Virus genome (UHGV): UHGV-0113858
Strand: one strand, 5' to 3'
Source: a virus
Length of the DNA stretch: 64,000 nt
This document shows, one piece after another, positions 46,211-55,443 of the stretch. Position 1 is the stretch's first letter, and each line of letters starts with the position of its first letter. A model generated the notes under the pieces. That model was given only the letters and a program-made list of their open reading frames with translations, was not told where the DNA came from and searched no databases. Both the position numbers and the translations under genes were made by a program.

Positions 46211-46716
46211 TCATCCCTCGCAAAAGTGTTATGGTACTTGGCTCTTTCTCTTTTAGCTACATCTGCCGCTTCTTCAAGACTGTCAAAATATCCGCAGTGG
46301 ATTTGTTTTCTGTTAACACAGATCTGCACCTGCCATTTACCAGCATGTTCTTTCCAGTAGACACACTTATGGCCGGAGGTGTTAGTGACCCTTTTCCTAC
46401 TATTATGCATGTTTTGGTTTGTTGTTGCGGGTCTCAGGTTTTCTACGTGGTTATTTTGAGGATTGCAGTCTTCGTGATCCACAACATCAGGAAGCCATCC
46501 ATGATGGTACAAGAAAATCACCCTGTGAGCGAGAAATCTTCCTAACGGGGTGCTTATCTCAATGTACCCTGTGTTCATCACGCTTCCAGCTTCCTTACCG
46601 CCATACTTGGTATTGAAGGTTTTGTTGAACCTGTTTGTTGCGGGCCTTAATCTGTGGTAAAGTTTACCATCTCTGTATTCAAACAACTTCCTAACGTACT
46701 CTTGCGAGAGTGTCAT
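46207..46716 (-). CDS. HNH-AP2 homing endonuclease
   Basis: HRVIFLYHHGWLPDVVDHEDCNPQNNHVENL (HNH) plus AP2-like GHKCVYWKEHAGKWQVQICVNRKQIHCGYFDSLEEAA; hairpin (46733-46760) just upstream. Confidence 0.6.
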   Translation of the reverse strand: MTLSQEYVRKLFEYRDGKLYHRLRPATNRFNKTFNTKYGGKEAGSVMNTGYIEISTPLGRFLAHRVIFLYHHGWLPDVVDHEDCNPQNNHVENLRPATTNQNMHNSRKRVTNTSGHKCVYWKEHAGKWQVQICVNRKQIHCGYFDSLEEAADVAKRERAKYHNTFARDE

Positions 46717-46772
46717 TGTTCCTCCTATTCAAGGTGGGCTAGACTGTACCGTCGCCCACCTCTCAGTTGGTA

Positions 46773-48833
46773 TTAAATTACATAAATTGCATGTTTTGCG
46801 TATTGCAATCCTATCGGGGCGAAAGGCGTATCATCGTCAGGACCAAGAGTAGGAACGGGGGTCCTGTCAAGATCGATGGTTGGCTTATACTCAGGTGCCG
46901 GAACATTTACCTTTCCAACCGGAGTTTCCAGAGAGAGTTGATGGATCAGGCTCTGAGGACGAAGCATAACTTCACCATTAAGCTTGAACATCCCATCTTC
47001 CCATTCCCAGCCGGAAGCATCGGAGAACTGCCCGTTGTCATCCATAACCATTGTATCAGCGATACCCAGTTTTTTGTGTGGGCGGTTCTTCAGCACCACG
47101 ATACGTACACGTCCACGGGAGCGGTCAGGAAGCTCTTCTGGTTCAACACCCAGAACCACCCATGAGAGTTGTTCAAGGGCCGCAGAACCGCGCAGGTCTT
47201 CTTTACGGACCGGATACCAGAACGGTAATAGATTCCCATCTTTATCTTTCGGAAGCTGAAGTTCTTTACGCTTCATGTGACTGATTGATAAGATGAAAAC
47301 ATCGTACTTCTTACAGAAAGCTGCCAGCTCGGTCATGATGTTATCAAGGTCTCGACGTTCGTTGTCGGACTTAAGACCAGAGATTACCATTGACAGGTGA
47401 TCGAGGATGATCCATTTACAACCATCAAGGAACACCATCTGCTTAAGTTTCTGAATAAGCTGGTCTGTCGGGATAGAACCGAAGTGATCAAAGATCTTAA
47501 TCTTATCTTCCCGAATCCAGCGTTGGTGAATCTCAAGGTGTTGCTCTTCGGTTAAGAACTGCTCCGGGTCAGCAACAAATGCCTTAGGGTCCACCTTCAG
47601 CTCTTCAGCATACAAGCTGTTTACAGACTCTTCTTCATCCTCTTCCAGACGGATGATGGCTACTTTCTCACTCTCGGTCCAGCCATCTAGGCGGGGAATT
47701 GACATATCACGAAGATAATCAATGATCGCGTATTCAATCTTACGAGAGATTGTAGACTTACCACCACCAGACGGTCCTGTCAATGTCCAAAGCTCACCAG
47801 TACGGGGACCACGGGTCAGGTTATATAGGCCGGGAAGCCCTGGTAATGGAACACCATCTTTTTTCTTCTTGCGAAGATTCTCAATGGTAATATCCTTAAG
47901 ACCGATAAGCTTATCAGGGACATAGCGATCGTCTGCTTTGGTAAACATTGCATAAAGCTCGCGTACCTTACCTGCATCATACATGTCACGAATGTCTTTA
48001 AAGCCATCCGGGTCATTACGCTCGTTAGGATATCGCACAACGTAAATGTTTTCTGACAGCAGGAAGCTAGCGACATCGTCGGTTGCTTCTTTACCTTTCT
48101 TTATTTTCTTTTCTTTTTCTAATGCTGTGGCTTCGTCGTTATCAAAGCCCAAGACTACCTTCTCATAACTGCGAATGAACTTCTCGTTGTTTGCGAAAGT
48201 ATCAACAGCGTTTGCAGTACCACAGTTTAATCCAACATAGGGTAGTGTCGGAAGACCTCCAATGTCCTCGTCGTTCTGAATATGACGGATACCTTTTAAG
48301 ATGCTATCCGCCCAGTCTTTAACGCCTTTACTGGCCTTTGGACTGGTGGACATAGCCTTAACCATCTCATACGCTGCCTGCCATGCGGCGCATACGTCAC
48401 CTTCACCTTCCACGATATTGATCTGCTTACGACCAACACCCATAGAGGCTTCATGCTGCCCGAAGAACTGAGATGATGCCTTCACAGCACCAACAGTTGA
48501 AAAGTGTCCTGTCTTTTCCTTCTGTAACGTCCAATCACGTTTCTTGAATCCCGTTAGTTTCCCATACTTATCATAATAGGGCAAGTATGTTGCTACCGGG
48601 GTGATACCATCCGCCGGGGATACCGCAGAACGGATCTTAAAATACTGTGCTGCTTCAAGAGAGAGACTCATTTCGGGAACAGCCATGATGCGGGTGCCAG
48701 ACAGCACTGATTCCAGGGTCTCTTCTGCTCGATTGTTACTATAACTCAACTTGCCTCCGCGATTACTTCCAAAACCTGCTCTTGGGTTTTCATTGCCACC
48801 TTTCCTATAGGCAGAAAAGTCAAAATTACTCAT
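46773..48833 (-). CDS. primase-helicase (TOPRIM primase plus DnaB-family helicase)
   Basis: 686 aa; central EGEGDVCAAWQ / GLNCGTANAV TOPRIM-like; Walker A TLTGPSGGGKSTISRK; Walker B ILDHL. Confidence 0.6.
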   Translation of the reverse strand: MSNFDFSAYRKGGNENPRAGFGSNRGGKLSYSNNRAEETLESVLSGTRIMAVPEMSLSLEAAQYFKIRSAVSPADGITPVATYLPYYDKYGKLTGFKKRDWTLQKEKTGHFSTVGAVKASSQFFGQHEASMGVGRKQINIVEGEGDVCAAWQAAYEMVKAMSTSPKASKGVKDWADSILKGIRHIQNDEDIGGLPTLPYVGLNCGTANAVDTFANNEKFIRSYEKVVLGFDNDEATALEKEKKIKKGKEATDDVASFLLSENIYVVRYPNERNDPDGFKDIRDMYDAGKVRELYAMFTKADDRYVPDKLIGLKDITIENLRKKKKDGVPLPGLPGLYNLTRGPRTGELWTLTGPSGGGKSTISRKIEYAIIDYLRDMSIPRLDGWTESEKVAIIRLEEDEEESVNSLYAEELKVDPKAFVADPEQFLTEEQHLEIHQRWIREDKIKIFDHFGSIPTDQLIQKLKQMVFLDGCKWIILDHLSMVISGLKSDNERRDLDNIMTELAAFCKKYDVFILSISHMKRKELQLPKDKDGNLLPFWYPVRKEDLRGSAALEQLSWVVLGVEPEELPDRSRGRVRIVVLKNRPHKKLGIADTMVMDDNGQFSDASGWEWEDGMFKLNGEVMLRPQSLIHQLSLETPVGKVNVPAPEYKPTIDLDRTPVPTLGPDDDTPFAPIGLQYAKHAIYVI

Positions 48834-49381
48834 ATTCCTCCATAGCTGTCGTTACAATACTGTTTTTCCCAATCTTCCCTTTGCTTGACAGCATCGTCGA
48901 AATCTTTGAAATTTTTCATCAGCACCTTCCCATCAACAGTGATTCGTGCTCTCCACGGTTTTGTCGGATACCCTCTGTCCAATGAAACCCCTCTCCGAGA
49001 AGAATACTTGTTGGAAATATTGGCAGTCTTGCCACCACCCTTACGAGTATTCGTTCCTCTCCTTAGTAATTGGAGATTTTCAATCCTATCGTCGGCGACT
49101 CCGCTGGTCTCCCTTACAGACTTAATGTGATCAACCTGAAGGCCATTGGGGACTGGACCGTGATGGAGCATCCAGACAATGACGTGGCGATAGCATCTGT
49201 GCCCCTGATAGCGAATTGTATAATAACCTTTCCCGGATTTGCTCCCAGCTTCATTACCAGCAATAGCCGCAGGATGATTATAATTCCTTCCAGAAAAGGT
49301 ATTCACTTTCCAAAACAGCTTTCCGTCACGATACTCTAAGATTTCTCCCCAATCCGGTCCATTTCCCATTATCCCTCTCAT
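48830..49381 (-). CDS. HNH-AP2 homing endonuclease
   Basis: HRCYRHVIVWMLHHGPVPNGLQVDHIKSVRETSGVADDRIENLQLL plus AP2-like GVSLDRGYPTKPWRARITVDGKVLMKNFKDFDDA; 4-nt overlaps with both neighbours. Confidence 0.6.
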   Translation of the reverse strand: MRGIMGNGPDWGEILEYRDGKLFWKVNTFSGRNYNHPAAIAGNEAGSKSGKGYYTIRYQGHRCYRHVIVWMLHHGPVPNGLQVDHIKSVRETSGVADDRIENLQLLRRGTNTRKGGGKTANISNKYSSRRGVSLDRGYPTKPWRARITVDGKVLMKNFKDFDDAVKQREDWEKQYCNDSYGGI

Positions 49382-50112
49382 TTATTTTTCTGGTAAAACG
49401 CCTCCGCAAAACCGCGAGGTGTACAACTACGAATATTTTTAGTCTTGGTGGATTTGCCACCACACTTCTTCCAGCCTGGATTGTCCTTGTACAATTCCTT
49501 CACAGGAAGCTTGTCAGGCTGTTTTGCGCCATTGCCCATCCAAATGCACGTCTTCTTGTTATACGCGTCCTGAGGAGGGTATACGTGCGGATATAGTGGG
49601 TGTATATCAGTGGTTGGGAGATACCCGCCGTAATCCTTAGGATCAAACATGTAATCAGGTTTTCGATACATTGAAGAGAGAACACCGACAGGGTTTTCAA
49701 AGGCCCACGGAACATTATATAAATCTCCAACCTTCTCTACCAATAGGCAAAGTTCCATTGCTTCTTTCTGGAAGTTAGGGTTTGCTGCTCTTTTCTTAGC
49801 CCAATGACGTGAACCTGCATTGGTCAGGTGAGTACATTCCGGGAAACCAAAGACGATGTGAACATTGTCACCAACCATTTCTTTGATCTCTTGAGCTTGT
49901 TGAACGGTCTTGTCGTGGAAGAACCACATCCCGACTTTAACAAGGTCACCCTCGCGGGTGACTCCTGGTGAATGTTGACCATCAAAAGTCCAAACTTCAT
50001 AGCCAGCCTCTAACCAAGGACGAGCCATGACCGAAGTGTAATCATAAAGAATGATCACTTTCTTCTTCAAACGGCCTCCGTTAGTGGAAACTGACTCCTT
50101 GGTGATCGACAT
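49378..50112 (-). CDS. C5-methyltransferase-like protein with deviant motifs (FPEC / FENPVG)
   Basis: GFPECTHLTNAGS (compare PCQ motif IV) and AFENPVGVL (compare ENV motif VI); no recognisable AdoMet motif I (FxGxG). Confidence 0.35.
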   Translation of the reverse strand: MSITKESVSTNGGRLKKKVIILYDYTSVMARPWLEAGYEVWTFDGQHSPGVTREGDLVKVGMWFFHDKTVQQAQEIKEMVGDNVHIVFGFPECTHLTNAGSRHWAKKRAANPNFQKEAMELCLLVEKVGDLYNVPWAFENPVGVLSSMYRKPDYMFDPKDYGGYLPTTDIHPLYPHVYPPQDAYNKKTCIWMGNGAKQPDKLPVKELYKDNPGWKKCGGKSTKTKNIRSCTPRGFAEAFYQKNK

Positions 50113-50326
50113 TTGTTACCGTACCCGTCATAGAAATTGGGATAATTTTAACTAGAGTGTAGGTCAGATATCTAGCGCTTTCAGATTGCCCTGCGATAGT
50201 ATATCCTTCATCAAGATGTTCTGCCAACACTTTAGCCACGTAATTTGGACCACTGTGGTTATTGAATTCGAATTCGACGACTTTAACTTCGTGTTTCATT
50301 AAAACTCCTCCTCTTCCTGGAAGCAA
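50081..50326 (-). CDS. hypothetical protein
   Basis: 81-aa ORF. Confidence 0.3.
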   Translation of the reverse strand: MLPGRGGVLMKHEVKVVEFEFNNHSGPNYVAKVLAEHLDEGYTIAGQSESARYLTYTLVKIIPISMTGTVTNVDHQGVSFH

Positions 50327-50583
50327 CCTACAATTTCAAGATTGCGAATATACTCGCGTAAATGATGGTATAGGACATCATCTGGAATGTCAACGTAGAT
50401 CTGTTTGCCTCCAGAGAATACAGCATAATACTCCAAATCTTGGAAACCGTTGTAATCTACATCGCTTTCACGACTGTTACGGTCGCCTTCCATCACAGAA
50501 TAAAGTGCTTCGACGGTGACGACACCCGCAGTAGGGTGGTCATAACTGAATTCGATCTCTACAGGAAGTGCGGCTTTACTCAT
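50299..50583 (-). CDS. hypothetical protein
   Basis: 94-aa ORF. Confidence 0.3.
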   Translation of the reverse strand: MSKAALPVEIEFSYDHPTAGVVTVEALYSVMEGDRNSRESDVDYNGFQDLEYYAVFSGGKQIYVDIPDDVLYHHLREYIRNLEIVGCFQEEEEF

Positions 50584-50812
50584 TAAGTCCTCTCGCTTCT
50601 AAATTAATTACGAACGCGCCTTCTCCACGGCGAAGCTCGGTATCATCACGCCAGTCACGGAACATTCCCCCGGCGCGACCATGAAAATATATGCACTTAT
50701 CGGTTATCCGGGTAATCTCCCCGAATTCCCACTTTTTTGCTCCAGCATTGCCTTGAGAGAAGGCGATCTTGTCGCCAACTCTTGCCTCATTCCCAAAACA
50801 ATCTTTGATCAT
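50576..50812 (-). CDS. hypothetical protein
   Basis: 78-aa ORF. Confidence 0.3.
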   Translation of the reverse strand: MIKDCFGNEARVGDKIAFSQGNAGAKKWEFGEITRITDKCIYFHGRAGGMFRDWRDDTELRRGEGAFVINLEARGLNE

Positions 50813-51306
50813 TTAGACTCCAGTTCGGCCTTTAATTCAATATTCTGGTCAATCAGTGCCTCGATAAACTGAATTGCATGGACTGCTGCACTATGACAAC
50901 CGTCATCAAACAACTTCCGGCTTACATCATTACGTAAAGCGGCTGCATCACCATGCAGGCGAGTTTCCATATAAGTGCTTATGGTATTCCACGCGTTAGC
51001 ACCAGAACTTAGATATTCCAAAACTGCCAGCACATTCTGAGGGCAGGCAGTCGCAATGTATGTTGCATCCATATCATTGCGCCAAGCCGAAAGATTACCT
51101 GTGTTCTCATGGCGCACAACCGGGCCCATATTCCCGTCTGTCACAAACACTGTTTCCATGCCAGCATCTTCCGTTGAAAATGCAACCATAGCATGACCAT
51201 GTGAATCTATCCACCACTTACCTGGTGTTGCTTGTCTTGCGATGCGCTCCAAATCATCAATAAGCTTACAAATATTTTCACGATGTTTCATCTTCTGCGC
51301 CTTCAT
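50809..51306 (-). CDS. hypothetical protein
   Basis: 165-aa ORF. Confidence 0.4.
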   Translation of the reverse strand: MKAQKMKHRENICKLIDDLERIARQATPGKWWIDSHGHAMVAFSTEDAGMETVFVTDGNMGPVVRHENTGNLSAWRNDMDATYIATACPQNVLAVLEYLSSGANAWNTISTYMETRLHGDAAALRNDVSRKLFDDGCHSAAVHAIQFIEALIDQNIELKAELESK

Positions 51307-51616
51307 AACGAGTTAGGGTCAATTTAGTAACAGTCAGGCTCACACCTTCTGAAGTTTCTACCACAAAAGTATTGTGGACACCATCTAAAACTACGACGAT
51401 GAAGTCACCAACCGCAGGCGGCAGATCCGCAAGTTTCAGGGCAACCACTGCCTCTGCGTATTCACCATCATTGATGACTCGTATAGCGATATCATGTCCA
51501 GGACCTTGTTCTGTGAAGTCAAATACCCGAACTTCATTTTCTGTGGTTTCATCCTCTTTGGCAAAGAGCCAGTTAATTAGACGTTTGAACATTCTTCGCC
51601 CTCTTGACAATTTCAT
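51278..51616 (-). CDS. hypothetical protein
   Basis: 112-aa ORF. Confidence 0.35.
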   Translation of the reverse strand: MKLSRGRRMFKRLINWLFAKEDETTENEVRVFDFTEQGPGHDIAIRVINDGEYAEAVVALKLADLPPAVGDFIVVVLDGVHNTFVVETSEGVSLTVTKLTLTRYEGAEDETS

Positions 51617-51866
51617 GAATTATATCTTGGAGTCTTTCCCACGCTTCCAGTTCAGCTTGCTGCATCTCATCGTGATAATCTTGAGCGATATCACGGAGTT
51701 TCATTAGCTTTTCTGTTGTTACCTTACTCAGGTCAGTGAAGTCTTCAACCTGCATTTTTGTTCTCCTCATAGAACTTAATCCACTTCTTAGTTGATTTGA
51801 TACCACCTTCCAAAGACTTGTCCCTCTGAACCGCCACCTGCTCAACAATACGGTTCTGTAGAGCAA
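51573..51866 (-). CDS. hypothetical protein
   Basis: 97-aa ORF. Confidence 0.3.
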   Translation of the reverse strand: MLYRTVLLSRWRFRGTSLWKVVSNQLRSGLSSMRRTKMQVEDFTDLSKVTTEKLMKLRDIAQDYHDEMQQAELEAWERLQDIIHEIVKRAKNVQTSN

Positions 51867-52203
51867 AACTCATGCGATCCCCCAACCTACGGAATGGATT
51901 CCCCTTGTACCCATTGCCATTATGGATGCTAACTGCATCCTGTAACGAGATAAAGAATGGGCGACAAAGCTTTTTACATCGAGGGAATGCAAGCTGGTAG
52001 CCAAAGCGACCATCTTTAACTTCTGGGAAGTTAGAAAGACGACGAGGGACATACCCATAAGCAGACATCATCTCGTCAAGAGAGGCCATTTGGATGTGGG
52101 TAGTGTCCATAGCTTTTTCAGAGCGAGGAACCTGCCATTGATTCCATACTTCAAGTTCTTTGCGGAACTTGTCTACCAGCTCCAGACGAGAATATGATGC
52201 CAT
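51745..52203 (-). CDS. hypothetical protein
   Basis: 152-aa ORF. Confidence 0.35.
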   Translation of the reverse strand: MASYSRLELVDKFRKELEVWNQWQVPRSEKAMDTTHIQMASLDEMMSAYGYVPRRLSNFPEVKDGRFGYQLAFPRCKKLCRPFFISLQDAVSIHNGNGYKGNPFRRLGDRMSFALQNRIVEQVAVQRDKSLEGGIKSTKKWIKFYEENKNAG

Positions 52204-52212
52204 TATTTTCTC

Positions 52213-53523
52213 CTAAAATTTTCCTGGGAATGTGTCTTTGTAGAATTTAACAATTCTTTGGTCTACGATAATATCACGTTCTTTAACCGGACGCAACAAT
52301 CTTAAACCTTTTGTAGAAGTGGCCCTGCTAAAGGCAACATAGGCCATCCCAGGAGCAAAAGCTCCATAACCAAAGTCTATATTAACCTCTGGCAAAGTCA
52401 AGCCTTGAGCTTTGTGAATGGTCACTGCATAACCAAGGCGAATGGGTAAGTTTGTGTATGTTCCAACAACAATCTTTTCCAATTCCTCTTCAGTCTTACC
52501 ATTCTTGATAACCTTTCTTGGGAAGTATTCAACATTTTCCCAGACATTCTTTTCGATCTCTACAACCTTGCCATCTTCCAGTTCTACATCTACCGAAAAC
52601 TTCCTTAGGGCCTTGATGATACCCCGTGTTCCGTTTACAAATTTAGGACCGTCTTCATCTGGATTCTGATCATTAACGGTGATCATGACACGAGTCCCTA
52701 CCTTGAGGTGTAGACTCTCAGCAACTGGACGCTGGGCAAAATCTCCTGTTTTGGAGGCTTTGTAAATAACCTCTTCACCCTGTATCTGATCGTAATGCTT
52801 TTTGTTGATACGCTCCGCTGCGGCATTAGTTGAAGTTAGGGTAATCGCATTCAGTGCTGCACCTTTTGAATAGCACTGATTGTTGAGGAATTTAACTATT
52901 TCATCAATACGCTCGCCTTTCCTCATATGATTCAATAGCGATGAAAAATGCACGCTGTTTTGACGATAAATCTTGTCAAGAAGTACAGGGTATGGATTTA
53001 TCTCTCTCCAAGTGTCTGAGAAACACGACAATTCTGTGCTGTGGAGTTCGAAGTAAGCGTTTTCTTCAGAATCTGTCAGAACTGGAGGATTCTGAAAGAA
53101 ATCACCAAACATGATGACCTGAAGACCGCCGAAAGCTTTCTTAGGCTCCCTTCTCGCAACACGTAGTTTCTGATCCATTTCCCACAATTTGTCGGCTCGC
53201 ACCATAGATATTTCATCAATAATGATACGCTCAAGAGATTTGCTTTTTAAAAGTTTTTTAGGTTTAGTTTTTACTGTCTTACCATCATCTTCTGTGGCTA
53301 TCCCCATTGATAACCCGAAAGCTCGATGAGTTGTCATTCCATCAACATTAAGTGAAGCGACCCCTGTCGGGGCCACTGTTAATGTTGAACTTGGATACAG
53401 GGATTGGATTGTTTTGATCAGATGGCTCTTGCCACTGCCCCCCGGCCCAGTAATGAAAACGTTTTTGCCTTCAATGATAGCACCTAAGGCCTCTTCCGTT
53501 CCCACTCCAAAATCCTCTCTCAA
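52213..53523 (-). CDS. Dda / RecD / Pif1-family SF1B DNA helicase
   Basis: Walker A ITGPGGSGKSHL; DEISMV (Walker B); C-terminal AVTIHKAQGLT motif; 436 aa. Confidence 0.65.
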   Translation of the reverse strand: MREDFGVGTEEALGAIIEGKNVFITGPGGSGKSHLIKTIQSLYPSSTLTVAPTGVASLNVDGMTTHRAFGLSMGIATEDDGKTVKTKPKKLLKSKSLERIIIDEISMVRADKLWEMDQKLRVARREPKKAFGGLQVIMFGDFFQNPPVLTDSEENAYFELHSTELSCFSDTWREINPYPVLLDKIYRQNSVHFSSLLNHMRKGERIDEIVKFLNNQCYSKGAALNAITLTSTNAAAERINKKHYDQIQGEEVIYKASKTGDFAQRPVAESLHLKVGTRVMITVNDQNPDEDGPKFVNGTRGIIKALRKFSVDVELEDGKVVEIEKNVWENVEYFPRKVIKNGKTEEELEKIVVGTYTNLPIRLGYAVTIHKAQGLTLPEVNIDFGYGAFAPGMAYVAFSRATSTKGLRLLRPVKERDIIVDQRIVKFYKDTFPGKF

Positions 53524-53524
53524 G

Positions 53525-54208
53525 TTACCCTCCTAATAAATTTTTTGTCTCGATACCGTATTGCAAGTCTCGCCTTATGTTTTTTACTATCATAAGCAAT
53601 CTTTCGGAGACTCTGTGGTCGCAAACACCACTGTGCGAATATCTGTCATGAATGTCTATTATATCCAAGATCTTAGCATTTTGCCACGCTTGATGTGCTT
53701 TGAACGGGTCATCAAAATACCCCAGATGCTGGCCTCTTCTTCTTGATTGAAATTTTTTAACCACAGAATGCCAAGAAACCCCAATGGGGAAATCCCCCCT
53801 AGCTGAATCCCGCAACAGAAAAAATTTATTCAGATAAGAAGGTACAAGCACAGATGTATTCCAACTGTAAATTTTTGACCCAGGTACAAGAATGTCCTTA
53901 TCTAAATTAAAATTATACACCTTGTCAACTATTCTTTTCCCACTTTCCTCGAGCCAAGCAACGTGTTGATCTTGACATTCAACCCACTCTCTGAAATTAG
54001 AGAACGTTTTCCACGCCTCTTCCACAACAACCCCGGAGTAGGTCGGTTTTTTATTCAGGGCTTTGTCTGAGTAACATCTTTCCAACATTTTACGCCACAG
54101 GGTGTAGTACGGGCACCTCCACGCCTGTGTGCGCTTACCACCAACAAGAGTGTACCGGGTTGTGGGATAAGGGGCATCATTAATGCCCTGTCCGTGGACT
54201 AAGGACAT
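53525..54208 (-). CDS. AP2-domain putative homing endonuclease (paralog of the gene at 58122)
   Basis: WRCPYYTLWRKMLERCY...YSGVVVEEAW plus AP2-like GVSWHSVVKKFQSRRRGQHLGYFDDPFKAHQAW; alignable along its length with the protein at 58122. Confidence 0.5.
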   Translation of the reverse strand: MSLVHGQGINDAPYPTTRYTLVGGKRTQAWRCPYYTLWRKMLERCYSDKALNKKPTYSGVVVEEAWKTFSNFREWVECQDQHVAWLEESGKRIVDKVYNFNLDKDILVPGSKIYSWNTSVLVPSYLNKFFLLRDSARGDFPIGVSWHSVVKKFQSRRRGQHLGYFDDPFKAHQAWQNAKILDIIDIHDRYSHSGVCDHRVSERLLMIVKNIRRDLQYGIETKNLLGG

Positions 54209-55443
54209 TAATCCTCCTTATCGAGATAAATTTCGTCCAGGATAGCACCCCTTACACCCACAACAATAACATCAGGAGCACCTGCTGGCTTTTCTTTTCC
54301 TGTCAATACCTCATAGCGGCAGCAGCGGCATTTCTTGTTATTGTAGTTATATGGTACGCTAACAATGTCTGCCGGGTCAACAGATACCTCAACCACATTA
54401 CCATAATCACGGGCATATTCCTTGGAGGCGATATGTAAACCCTGGCTACAAGCTTTGGTTGGGTCATCTTCAACCATGTTTCTTGGCATAGTGACTGTGG
54501 TGTTAGCCCAGTTAGGGACCAAGCCTGTGAACCAGTCACGAGGACCATTCTCAGTGCGTTTAAGACCCTTGTAGGCCAAGATGTTGCCATTCTCCAGAAT
54601 CTCGAACTTGTTATGCTCCAAGAAGTCGTACAGCATTTCAACCGATTTGTAAGAAGGATTGAGCATCAGCTTCCGCATGAACTCGACATAACGGTTATCG
54701 AACTTCCCCGTCTCGATATCGGAAACAATACGGCGAGCAATACCGCTTTCTTGTTTGATACCGTGCCAGTACAGAATTCCGTCTAGCAGCTTCATATCCG
54801 GTCCAAAGTCGATTGCCACTTCAGCTTTTGCAGCGATCCCCGCTTCAATAAGCGCTACGGCTTCGTCGATCTTGTTGTTTAACAGCAACATACCGACGTC
54901 GTTAAAGATTTCGCTGTTACTGCCCAGAGTATGAATGGTTCCATCTGGAAGTGTGATGGAAACGTTGCCTGGTGTCATGATGACAATGGGATCAGCTTTC
55001 GTGTCATCAACAACCGAAATCTTAATAGGCACAGGTGTAGGTTCTGGAAGCTGAGGAACAGTAACGCTCACTTCTACATCAGAAACTACGAACACCACTT
55101 CCCAGCGCTTACCACGCTTGCCAAGGTCCTTTACAACCCCCTCCTCTTTGTCATGTCCTGCTGTTGTCTTTGCATGATCGATAATCTTCGCATTCTGTAC
55201 AGTCTTAGAGAATGCTCGGGCTTCTCCCCGACTCGCAAAGAACATAGAAGCAGTTGGCGCAGGGTAAGTTTCCATATCGAAGGAAATCGTTTTTTCCGGG
55301 GAAGCACCAATACTGTCTTTGGGGACAACCATCCAACGCCCCTCTGCCAGCACCGCTGGGGATACACCACGGTCCACAACCTTCATACCACGACTTGCAG
55401 CACAAACACGAGCATCTGCACGGGATTTAAAAAGATCACTCAT
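54208..55443 (-). CDS. rIIB: rIIB-like protein
   Basis: 411 aa immediately downstream of, and start/stop-overlapping, an rIIA-like GHKL ATPase gene; call is by position and size. Confidence 0.4.
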   Translation of the reverse strand: MSDLFKSRADARVCAASRGMKVVDRGVSPAVLAEGRWMVVPKDSIGASPEKTISFDMETYPAPTASMFFASRGEARAFSKTVQNAKIIDHAKTTAGHDKEEGVVKDLGKRGKRWEVVFVVSDVEVSVTVPQLPEPTPVPIKISVVDDTKADPIVIMTPGNVSITLPDGTIHTLGSNSEIFNDVGMLLLNNKIDEAVALIEAGIAAKAEVAIDFGPDMKLLDGILYWHGIKQESGIARRIVSDIETGKFDNRYVEFMRKLMLNPSYKSVEMLYDFLEHNKFEILENGNILAYKGLKRTENGPRDWFTGLVPNWANTTVTMPRNMVEDDPTKACSQGLHIASKEYARDYGNVVEVSVDPADIVSVPYNYNNKKCRCCRYEVLTGKEKPAGAPDVIVVGVRGAILDEIYLDKED

